A DNA stretch of 64,000 bases, taken from contig OZ059900.1 of NCBI GenBank assembly GCA_964057225.1, positions 25,296,001 to 25,360,000 on the forward strand, given 5' to 3'. How positions within the stretch are numbered: position 1 is the stretch's first letter; each line of letters opens with the position of its first letter. The notes below the pieces were generated by a model that was given only the letters and a program-made list of their open reading frames with translations, did no database searches and had not been told where the DNA came from. Position numbers and translations under genes: made by a program. The stretch comes from Auanema rhodensis. Taxonomy: Eukaryota > Animalia > Nematoda. This document shows, in pieces, positions 10,391-23,100 of the stretch.

Positions 10391-13300
10391 TGTACGAACA
10401 ATTTTGAGCTAGGTTTCATTGACATTGCATGAGTTTGAACACATGAAATCGTAAGTCAAAACCTTGTTTACAGCGAAATTTCCAAAAACTGGTTTTCCAG
10501 CATAATAAAATATTTCTCATGGGAAATACTGTGTTTTTGTATTTTTCTAGTGTTCAGCATGTAAAATGCTTCATTTTAGTATGTAACACGCTGAAATTCG
10601 TTGCATTTGACGACTCATATGAACAAAAATCGATTTAATCAATATTAGCCATAAGGGGCGTGCCCTCAGAATATGCTAATTTCCTTAATTTTCTAACCCC
10701 TGTTTTTTTGTCGTGAAAGTGGAACTAGACGTTGTACGAACAATTTTGAGCTAGGTTTCATTGACATTGCATGAGTTTGAACACATGAAATCGTAAGTCA
10801 AAACCTTGTTTACAGCGAAATTTCCAAAAACTGGTTTTCCAGCATAATAAAATATTTCTCATGGGAAATACTGTGTTTTTGTATTTTTCTAGTGTTCAGC
10901 ATGTAAAATGCTTCATTTTAGTATGTAACACGCTGAAATTCGTTGCATTTGACGACTCATATGAACAAAAATCGATTTAATCAATATTAGCCATAAGGGG
11001 CGTGCCCTCAGAATATGCTAATTTCCTAAATTTTCTAACCCCTGTTTTTTTGTCGTGAAAGTGGAACTAGACGTTGTACGAACAATTTTGAGCTAGGTTT
11101 CATTGACATTGCATGATTTGAACACATGAAATCGTAAGTCAAAACCTTGTTTACAGCGAAATTTCCAAAAACTGGTTTTCCAGCATAATAAAATATTTCT
11201 CATGGGAAATACTGTGTTTTTGTATTTTTCTAGTGTTCAGAATGTAGAATGCTTCATTTTAGTATGTAACACGCTGAAATTCGTTGCATTTGACGACTCA
11301 TATGAACAAAAATCGATTTAATCAATATTAGCCATAAGGGGCGTGCCCTCAGAATATGCTAATTTCCTTAATTTTCTAACCCCTGTTTTTTTGTCGTGAA
11401 AGTGGAACTAGACGTTGTACGAACAATTTTGAGCTAGGTTTCATTGACATTGCATGAGTTTGAACACATGAAATCGTAAGTCAAAACCTTGTTTACAGCG
11501 AAATTTCCAAAAACTGGTTTTCCAGCATAATAAAATATTTCTCATGGGAAATACTGTGTTTTTGTATTTTTCTAGTGTTCAGCATGTAAAATGCTTCATT
11601 TTAGTATGTAACACGCTGAAATTCGTTGCATTTGACGACTCATATGAACAAAAATCAATTTAATCAATATTAGCCATAAGGGGCGTGCCCTCAGAATATG
11701 CTAATTTCCTTAATTTTCTAACCCCTGTTTTTTTGTCGTGAAAGTGGAACTAGACGTTCTACGAACAATTTTGAGCTAGGTTTCATTGACATTGCATGAG
11801 TTTGAACACATGAAATCGTAAGTCAAAACCTTGTTTACAGCGAAATTTCCAAAAACTGGTTTTCCAGCATAATAAAATATTTCTCATGGGAAAAACTGTG
11901 TTTTTGTATTCTTCTAGTGTTCAGCATGTAAAATGCTTCATTTTAGTATGTAACACACTGAAATTTGTTGCATTTGACGACTCATATGAACAAAAATTGA
12001 TTTAATCAATATTAGTCATAAGGGGCGTGCCCTCAGAATATGCTAATTTCCTTAATTTTCTAACCCCTGTTTTTTTGTCGTGAAAGTGGAACTAGACGAT
12101 GTACGAACAATTTTGAGCTAGGTTTCATTGACATTGCATGAGTTTGAACACATGAAATCGTAAGTCAAAACCTTGTTTACAGCGAAATTTCCAAAAACTG
12201 GTTTTCCAGCATAATAAAATATTTCTCATGGGAAATACTGTGTTTTTGTATTTTTCTAGTGTTCAGCATGTAAAATGCTTCATTTTAGTATGTAACACGC
12301 TGAAATTCGTTGCATTTGACGACTCATGTGAACAAAAATCGATTTAATCAATATTAGCCATAAGGGGCGTGCCCTCAGAATATGCTAATTTCCTTAATTT
12401 TCTAACCCCTGTTTTTTTGTCGTGAAAGTGGAACTAGACGTTCTACGAACAATTTTGAGCTAGGTTTCATTGACATTGCATGAGTTTGAACACATGAAAT
12501 CGTAAGTCAAAACCTTGTTTACAGCGAAATTTCCAAAAACTGGTTTTCCAGCATAATAAAATATTTCTTATGGGAAAAACTGTGTTTTTGTATTTTTCTA
12601 GTGTTCAGCATGTAAAATGCTTCATTTTAGTATGTAACACACTGAAATTTGTTGCATTTGACGACTCATATGAACAAAAATCGATTTAATCAATATTAGC
12701 CATAAGGGGCGTGCCCTCAGAATATGCTAATTTCCTTAATTTTCTAACCCCTGTTTTTTTGTCGTGAAAGTGGAACTAGACGTTGTACGAACAATTTTGA
12801 GCTAGGTTTCATTGACATTGCATGAGTTTGAACACATGAAATCGTAAGTCAAAACCTTGTTTACAGCGAAATTTCCAAAAACTGGTTTTCCAGCATAATA
12901 AAATATTTCTCATGGGAAATACTGTGTTTTTGTATTTTTCTAGTGTTCAGCATGTAAAATGCTTCATTTTAGTATGTAACACGCTGAAATTCGTTGCATT
13001 TGACGACTCATATGAACAAAAATCGATTTAATCAATATTAGCCATAAGGGGCGTGCCCTCAGAATATGCTAATTTCCTTAATTTTCTAACCCCTGTTTTT
13101 TTGTCGTGAAAGTGGAACTAGACGTTGTACGAACAATTTTGAGCTAGGTTTCATTGACATTGCATGAGTTTGAACACATGAAATCGTAAGTCAAAACCTT
13201 GTTTACAGCGAAATTTCCAAAAACTGGTTTTCCAGCATAATAAAATATTTCTCATGGGAAATACTGTGTTTTTGTATTTTTCTAGTGTTCAGCATGTAAA

Positions 13301-16300
13301 ATGCTTCATTTTAGTATGTAACACGCTGAAATTCGTTGCATTTGACGACTCATATGAACAAAAATCGATTTAATCAATATTAGCCATAAGGGGCGTGCCC
13401 TCAGAATATGCTAATTTCCTAAATTTTCTAACCCCTGTTTTTTTGTCGTGAAAGTGGAACTAGACGTTGTACGAACAATTTTGAGCTAGGTTTCATTGAC
13501 ATTGCATGATTTGAACACATGAAATCGTAAGTCAAAACCTTGTTTACAGCGAAATTTCCAAAAACTGGTTTTCCAGCATAATAAAATATTTCTCATGGGA
13601 AATACTGTGTTTTTGTATTTTTCTAGTGTTCAGAATGTAGAATGCTTCATTTTAGTATGTAACACGCTGAAATTCGTTGCATTTGACGACTCATATGAAC
13701 AAAAATCGATTTAATCAATATTAGCCATAAGGGGCGTGCCCTCAGAATATGCTAATTTCCTTAATTTTCTAACCCCTGTTTTTTTGTCGTGAAAGTGGAA
13801 CTAGACGTTGTACGAACAATTTTGAGCTAGGTTTCATTGACATTGCATGAGTTTGAACACATGAAATCGTAAGTCAAAACCTTGTTTACAGCGAAATTTC
13901 CAAAAACTGGTTTTCCAGCATAATAAAATATTTCTCATGGGAAATACTGTGTTTTTGTATTTTTTTAGTGTTCAGCATGTAAAATGCTTCATTTTAGTAT
14001 GTAACACGCTGAAATTCGTTGCATTTGACGACTCATATGAACAAAAATCAATTTAATCAATATTAGCCATAAGGGGCGTGCCCTCAGAATATGCTAATTT
14101 CCTTAATTTTCTAACCCCTGTTTTTTTGTCGTGAAAGTGGAACTAGACGTTCTACGAACAATTTTGAGCTAGGTTTCATTGACATTGCATGAGTTTGAAC
14201 ACATGAAATCGTAAGTCAAAACCTTGTTTACAGCGAAATTTCCAAAAACTGGTTTTCCAGCATAATAAAATATTTCTCATGGGAAAAACTGTGTTTTTGT
14301 ATTCTTCTAGTGTTCAGCATGTAAAATGCTTCATTTTAGTATGTAACACACTGAAATTTGTTGCATTTGACGACTCATATGAACAAAAATTGATTTAATC
14401 AATATTAGTCATAAGGGGCGTGCCCTCAGAATATGCTAATTTCCTTAATTTTCTAACCCCTGTTTTTTTGTCGTGAAAGTGGAACTAGACGATGTACGAA
14501 CAATTTTGAGCTAGGTTTCATTGACATTGCATGAGTTTGAACACATGAAATCGTAAGTCAAAACCTTGTTTACAGCGAAATTTCCAAAAACTGGTTTTCC
14601 AGCATAATAAAATATTTCTCATGGGAAATACTGTGTTTTTGTATTTTTCTAGTGTTCAGCATGTAAAATGCTTCATTTTAGTATGTAACACGCTGAAATT
14701 CGTTGCATTTGACGACTCATGTGAACAAAAATCGATTTAATCAATATTAGCCATAAGGGGCGTGCCCTCAGAATATGCTAATTTCCTTAATTTTCTAACC
14801 CCTGTTTTTTTGTCGTGAAAGTGGAACTAGACGTTCTACGAACAATTTTGAGCTAGGTTTCATTGACATTGCATGAGTTTGAACACATGAAATCGTAAGT
14901 CAAAACCTTGTTTACAGCGAAATTTCCAAAAACTGGTTTTCCAGCATAATAAAATATTTCTTATGGGAAAAACTGTGTTTTTGTATTTTTCTAGTGTTCA
15001 GCATGTAAAATGCTTCATTTTAGTATGTAACACACTGAAATTTGTTGCATTTGACGACTCATATGAACAAAAATCGATTTAATCAATATTAGCCATAAGG
15101 GGCGTGCCCTCAGAATATGCTAATTTCCTTAATTTTCTAACCCCTGTTTTTTTGTCGTGAAAGTGGAACTAGACGTTGTACGAACAATTTTGAGCTAGGT
15201 TTCATTGACATTGCATGAGTTTGAACACATGAAATCGTAAGTCAAAACCTTGTTTACAGCGAAATTTCCAAAAACTGGTTTTCCAGCATAATAAAATATT
15301 TCTCATGGGAAATACTGTGTTTTTGTATTTTTCTAGTGTTCAGCATGTAAAATGCTTCATTTTAGTATGTAACACGCTGAAATTCGTTGCATTTGACGAC
15401 TCATATGAACAAAAATCGATTTAATCAATATTAGCCATAAGGGGCGTGCCCTCAGAATATGCTAATTTCCTTAATTTTCTAACCCCTGTTTTTTTGTCGT
15501 GAAAGTGGAACTAGACGTTGTACGAACAATTTTGAGCTAGGTTTCATTGACATTGCATGAGTTTGAACACATGAAATCGTAAGTCAAAACCTTGTTTACA
15601 GCGAAATTTCCAAAAACTGGTTTTCCAGCATAATAAAATATTTCTCATGGGAAATACTGTGTTTTTGTATTTTTCTAGTGTTCAGCATGTAAAATGCTTC
15701 ATTTTAGTATGTAACACGCTGAAATTCGTTGCATTTGACGACTCATATGAACAAAAATCGATTTAATCAATATTAGCCATAAGGGGCGTGCCCTCAGAAT
15801 ATGCTAATTTCCTAAATTTTCTAACCCCTGTTTTTTTGTCGTGAAAGTGGAACTAGACGTTGTACGAACAATTTTGAGCTAGGTTTCATTGACATTGCAT
15901 GATTTGAACACATGAAATCGTAAGTCAAAACCTTGTTTACAGCGAAATTTCCAAAAACTGGTTTTCCAGCATAATAAAATATTTCTCATGGGAAATACTG
16001 TGTTTTTGTATTTTTCTAGTGTTCAGAATGTAGAATGCTTCATTTTAGTATGTAACACGCTGAAATTCGTTGCATTTGACGACTCATATGAACAAAAATC
16101 GATTTAATCAATATTAGCCATAAGGGGCGTGCCCTCAGAATATGCTAATTTCCTTAATTTTCTAACCCCTGTTTTTTTGTCGTGAAAGTGGAACTAGACG
16201 TTGTACGAACAATTTTGAGCTAGGTTTCATTGACATTGCATGAGTTTGAACACATGAAATCGTAAGTCAAAACCTTGTTTACAGCGAAATTTCCAAAAAC

Positions 16301-17100
16301 TGGTTTTCCAGCATAATAAAATATTTCTCATGGGAAATACTGTGTTTTTGTATTTTTTTAGTGTTCAGCATGTAAAATGCTTCATTTTAGTATGTAACAC
16401 GCTGAAATTCGTTGCATTTGACGACTCATATGAACAAAAATCAATTTAATCAATATTAGCCATAAGGGGCGTGCCCTCAGAATATGCTAATTTCCTTAAT
16501 TTTCTAACCCCTGTTTTTTTGTCGTGAAAGTGGAACTAGACGTTCTACGAACAATTTTGAGCTAGGTTTCATTGACATTGCATGAGTTTGAACACATGAA
16601 ATCGTAAGTCAAAACCTTGTTTACAGCGAAATTTCCAAAAACTGGTTTTCCAGCATAATAAAATATTTCTCATGGGAAAAACTGTGTTTTTGTATTCTTC
16701 TAGTGTTCAGCATGTAAAATGCTTCATTTTAGTATGTAACACACTGAAATTTGTTGCATTTGACGACTCATATGAACAAAAATTGATTTAATCAATATTA
16801 GTCATAAGGGGCGTGCCCTCAGAATATGCTAATTTCCTTAATTTTCTAACCCCTGTTTTTTTGTCGTGAAAGTGGAACTAGACGATGTACGAACAATTTT
16901 GAGCTAGGTTTCATTGACATTGCATGAGTTTGAACACATGAAATCGTAAGTCAAAACCTTGTTTACAGCGAAATTTCCAAAAACTGGTTTTCCAGCATAA
17001 TAAAATATTTCTCATGGGAAATACTGTGTTTTTGTATTTTTCTAGTGTTCAGCATGTAAAATGCTTCATTTTAGTATGTAACACGCTGAAATTCGTTGCA
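10391..17100. repeat. 7-monomer (2393-bp) higher-order repeat, about 2.8 copies
   Basis: The deletion marker lies at 11116, 13509 and 15902 (spacing 2393 = 7x342-1). TATTCTTCT and TTAGTCAT variants recur with the same spacing. Confidence 0.85.
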
Positions 17101-20100
17101 GTTGACGACTCATATGAACAAAAATCGATTTAATCAATATTAGCCATAAGGGGCGTGCCCTCAGAATATGCTAATTTCCTTAATTTTCTAACCCCTGTTT
17201 TTTTGTCGTGAAAGTGGAACTAGACGATGTACGAACAATTTTGAGCTAGGTTTCATTGACATTGCATGAGTTTGAACACATGAAATCGTAAGTCAAAACC
17301 TTGTTTACAGCGAAATTTCCAAAAACTGGTTTTCCAGCATAATAAAATATTTCTCATGGGAAATACTGTGTTTTTGTATTTTTCTAGTGTTCAGCATGTA
17401 AAATGCTTCATTTTAGTATGTAACACGCTGAAATTCGTTGCATTTGACGACTCATGTGAACAAAAATCGATTTAATCAATATTAGCCATAAGGGGCGTGC
17501 CCTCAGAATATGCTAATTTCCTTAATTTTCTAACCCCTGTTTTTTTGTCGTGAAAGTGGAACTAGACGTTCTACGAACAATTTTGAGCTAGGTTTCATTG
17601 ACATTGCATGAGTTTGAACACATGAAATCGTAAGTCAAAACCTTGTTTACAGCGAAATTTCCAAAAACTGGTTTTCCAGCATAATAAAATATTTCTTATG
17701 GGAAAAACTGTGTTTTTGTATTTTTCTAGTGTTCAGCATGTAAAATGCTTCATTTTAGTATGTAACACACTGAAATTTGTTGCATTTGACGACTCATATG
17801 AACAAAAATCGATTTAATCAATATTAGCCATAAGGGGCGTGCCCTCAGAATATGCTAATTTCCTTAATTTTCTAACCCCTGTTTTTTTGTCGTGAAAGTG
17901 GAACTAGACGTTGTACGAACAATTTTGAGCTAGGTTTCATTGACATTGCATGAGTTTGAACACATGAAATCGTAAGTCAAAACCTTGTTTACAACGAAAT
18001 TTCCAAAAACTGGTTTTCCAGCATAATAAAATATTTCTCATGGGAAATACTGTGTTTTTGTATTTTTCTAGTGTTTAGCATGTAAAATGCTTCATTTTAG
18101 TATGTAACACGCTGAAATTTGTTGCATTTGACGACTCATATGAACAAAAATCGATTTAATCAATATTAGCCATAAGGGGCGTGCCCTCAGAATATGCTAA
18201 TTTCCTTAATTTTCTAACCCATGTTTTTTTGTCGTGAAAGTGGAACTAGACGATGTACGAACAATTTTGAGCTAGGTTTCATTGACATTGCATGAGTTTG
18301 AACACATGAAATCGTAAGTCAAAACCTTGTTTACAGCGAAATTTCCAAAAACTGGTTTTCCAGCATAATAAAATATTTCTCATGGGAAATACTGTGTTTT
18401 TGTATTTTTCTAGTGTTCAGCATGTAAAATGCTTCATTTTAGTATGTAACACGCTGAAATTCGTTGCATTTAACGACTCATATGAACAAAAATCGATTTA
18501 ATCAATATTAGCCATAAGGGGCGTGCCCTCAGAATATGCTAATTTCCTTAATTTTCTAACCCCTGTTTTTTTGTCGTGAAAGTGGAACTAGACGTTGTAC
18601 GAACAATTTTGAGCTAGGTTTCATTGACATTGCATGAGTTTGAACACATGAAATCGTAAGTCAAAACCTTGTTTACAACGAAATTTCCAAAAACTGGTTT
18701 TCCAGCATAATAAAATATTTCTCATGGGAAATACTGTGTTTTTGTATTTTTCTAGTGTTTAGCATGTAAAATGCTTCATTTTAGTATGTAACACGCTGAA
18801 ATTTGTTGCATTTGACGACTCATATGAACAAAAATCGATTTAATCAATATTAGCCATAAGGGGCGTGCCCTCAGAATTTGCTAATTTCCTTAATTTTCTA
18901 ACCCCTGTTTTTTTGTCGTGAAAGTGGAACTAGACGTTGTACGAACAATTTTGAGCTAGGTTTCATTGACATTGCATGAGTTTGAACACATGAAATCGTA
19001 AGTCAAAACCTTGTTTACAGCGAAATTTCCAAAAACTGGTTTTCCAGCATAAAAAAATATTTCTCATGGGAAATACTGTGTTTTTGTATTTTTCTAGTGT
19101 TCAGCATGTAAAATGCTTCATTTTAGTATGTAACACGCTGAAATTCGTTGCATTTGACGACTCATATGAACAAAAATCGATTTAATCAATATTAGCCATA
19201 AGGGGCGTGCCCTCAGAATATGCTAATTTCCTTAATTTTCTAACCCCTGTTTTTTTGTTGTGAAAGTGGAACTAGACGTTGTACGAACAATTTTGAGCTA
19301 GGTTTCATTGACATTGCATGAGTTTGAACACATGAAATCGTAAGTCAAAACCTTGTTTACAGCGAAATTTCCAAAAACTGGTTTTCCAGCATAATAAAAT
19401 ATTTCTCATGGGAAATACAGTGTTTTTGTGTTTTTGTAGTGTTCAGCATGTAAAATGCGTCATTTTAGTATGTAAAACGCTGAAATTCGTTGCATTTGAC
19501 GACTCATGTGAACAAAAATCGATTTTATCAATATTAGCCATAAGGGGCGTGCCCTCAGAATATGCTAATTTCCTTAATTTTCTAACCCCTGTTTTTTTGT
19601 CGTGAAAGTGGAACTAGACGTTGTACGAACAATTTTGAGCTAGGTTTCATTGACATTGCATGAGTTTGAACACATGAAATCGTAAGTCAAAACCTTGTTT
19701 ACAGCGAAATTTCCAAAAACTGGTTTTCCAGCATAATAAAATATTTCTCATGGGAAATACTGTGTTTTCATATTTTTCTAGTGTTCAGCATGTGAAATGC
19801 TTAATTTTAGTATGTAACACGCTGAAATTCGTTGCATTTGACGACTCATATGAACAAAAATCGGTTTAATCAATATTAGCCATAAGGGGCGTGCCCTCAG
19901 AATATGCTAATTTCCTTAATTTTCTAACCCCTGTTTTTTTGTCGTGAAAGTGGAACTAGACGTTGTACGAACAATTTTGAGCTAGGTTTCATTGACATTG
20001 CATGAGTTTGAACACATGAAATCGTAAGTCAAAACCTTGTTTACAGCGAAATTTCCAAAAACTGGTTTTCCAGCATAATAAAATATTTCTCATGGGAAAT

Positions 20101-23100
20101 ACTGTGTTTTTGTATTTTTCTAGTGTTCAGCATGTAAAATGTTTCATTTTAGTATGTAACACGCTGAAATTCGTTGCATTTGACGACTCATGTGAACAAA
20201 AATCGATTTAATCAATATTAGCCATAAGGGGCGTGCCCTCAGAATATGCTAATTTCCTTAATTTTCTAACCCCTGTTTTTTTGTCGTGAAAGTGGAACTA
20301 GACGTTCTACGAACAATTTTGAGCTAGGTTTCATTGACATTGCATGAGTTTGAACACATGAAATCGTAAGTCAAAACCTTGTTTACAGCGAAATTTCCAA
20401 AAACTGGTTTTCCAGCATAATAAAATATTTCTCATGGGAAAAACTGTGTTTTTGTATTTTTCTAGTGTTCAGCATGTAAAATGCTTCATTTTAGTATGTA
20501 ACACACTGAAATTTGTTGCATTTGACGACTCATATGAACAAAAATCGATTTAATCAATATTAGCCATAAGGGGCGTGCCCTCAGAATATGCTAATTTCTT
20601 TAATTTTCTAACCCCTGTTTTTTTGTCGTGAAAGTGGAACTAGACGTTGTACGAACAATTTTGAGCTAGGTTTCATTGACATTGCATGAGTTTTAACACA
20701 TGAAATCGTAAGTCAAAACCTTGTTTACAGCGAAATTTCCAAAAACTGGTTTTCCAGCATAATAAAATATTTCTCATGGGAAATACTGTGTTTTTGTATT
20801 TTTCTAGTGTTCAGCATGTAAAATGCTTCATTTTAGTATGTAACACGCTGAAATTCGTTGCATTTGACGACTCATATGAACAAAAATTGATTTAATCAAT
20901 ATTAGCCATAAGGGGCGTGCCCTCAGAATATGCTAATTTCCTTAATTTTCTAACCCCTTTTTTTTTGTCGTGAAAGTGGAACTAGACGATGTACGAACAA
21001 TTTTGAGCTAGGTTTCATTGACATTGCATGAGTTTGAACACATGAAATCGTAAGTCAAAACCTTGTTTACAGCGAAATTTCCAAAAACTGGTTTTCCAGC
21101 ATAATAAAATATTTCTCATGGGAAATACTGTGTTTTTGTATTTTTCTAGTGTTCAGCATGTAAAATGCTTCATTTTAGTATGTAACACGCTGAAATTCGT
21201 TGCATTTGACGACTCATATGAACAAAAATCGATTTAATCAATATTAGCCATAAGGGGCGTGCCCTCAGAATATGCTAATTTCCTTAATTTTCTAACCCCT
21301 GTTTTTTTGTCGTGAAAGTGGAACTAGACGTTGTACGAACAATTTTGAGCTAGGTTTCATTGACATTGCATGAGTTTGAACACATGAAATCGTAAGTCAA
21401 AACCTTGTTTACAGCGAAATTTCCAAAAACTGGTTTTCCAGCATAATAAAATATTTCTCATGGGAAAAACTGTGTTTTTGTATTTTTCTAGTGTTCAGCA
21501 TGTAAAATGCTTTATTTTAATATGTAACACGCTGAAATTCGTTGCGTTTGACGACTCATATGAACAAAAATCGATTTAATCAATATTAGCCATAAGGGGC
21601 GTGCCCTCAGAATATGCTAATTTCCTTAATTTTCTAACCCCTGTTTTTTTGTCGTGAAAGTGGAACTAGACGTTGTACGAACAATTTTGAGCTAAGTTTC
21701 ATTGACATTGCATGAGTTTGAACACATGAAATCGTAAGTCAAAACCTTGTTTACAGCGAAATTTCCAAAAACTGGTTTTCCAGCATAATAAAATATTTCT
21801 CATGAGAAATACTGTGTTTTTGTATTTTTTTAATGTTCAGCATGTAAAACGCTTCATTTTGATATGTAAAACGCTGAAATTCGTTGCATTTGACGACTCA
21901 TATGAACAAAAATCGATTTAATCAATATTAGCCATAAGGGGCGTGCCCTCAGAATATGCTAATTTCCTTAATTTTCTAACCCCTGTTTTTTTGTCGTGAA
22001 AGTGGAACTAGACGTTGTACGAACAATTTTGAGCTAGGTTTCATTGACATTGCATGAGTTTGAACACATGAAATCGTAAGTCAAAACCTTGTTTACAGCG
22101 AAATTTCCAAAAACTGGTTTTCCAGCATAATAAAATATTTCTCATGGGAAAAACTGTGTTTTTGTATTTTTCTAGTGTTCAGCATGTAAAATGCTTTATT
22201 TTAATATGTAACACGCTGAAATTCGTTGCATTTGACGACTCATATGAACAAAAATCGATTTAATCAATATTAGCCATAAGGGGCGTGCCCTCAGAATATG
22301 CTAATTTCCTTAATTTTCTAACCCCTGTTTTTTTGTCGTGAAAGTGGAACTAGACGTTGTACGAACAATTTTGAGCTAAGTTTCATTGACATTGCATGAG
22401 TTTGAACACATGAAATCGTAAGTCAAAACCTTGTTTACAGCGAAATTTCCAAAAACTGGTTTTCCAGCATAATAAAATATTTCTCATGGGAAAAACTGTG
22501 TTTTTGTATTTTTCTAGTGTTCAGCATGTAAAATGCTTTATTTTAATATGTAACACGCTGAAATTCGTTGCATTTGACGACTCATATGAACAAAAATCGA
22601 TTTAATCAATATTAGCCATAAGGGGCGTGCCCTCAGAATATGCTAATTTCCTTAATTTTCTAACCCCTGTTTTTTTGTCGTGAAAGTGGAACTAGACGTT
22701 GTACGAACAATTTTGAGCTAAGTTTCATTGACATTGCATGAGTTTGAACACATGAAATCGTAAGTCAAAACCTTGTTTACAGCGAAATTTCCAAAAACTG
22801 GTTTTCCAGCATAATAAAATATTTCTCATGAGAAATACTGTGTTTTTGTATTTTTTTAATGTTCAGCATGTGAAACGCTTCATTTTGATATGTAAAACGC
22901 TGAAATTCGTTGCATTTGACGACTCATATGAACAAAAATCGATTTAATCAATATTAGCCATAAGGGGCGTGCCCTCAGAATATGCTAATTTCCTTAATTT
23001 TCTAACCCCTGTTTTTTTGTCGTGAAAGTGGAACTAGACGTTGTACGAACAATTTTGAGCTAGGTTTCATTGACATTGCATGAGTTTGAACACATGAAAT

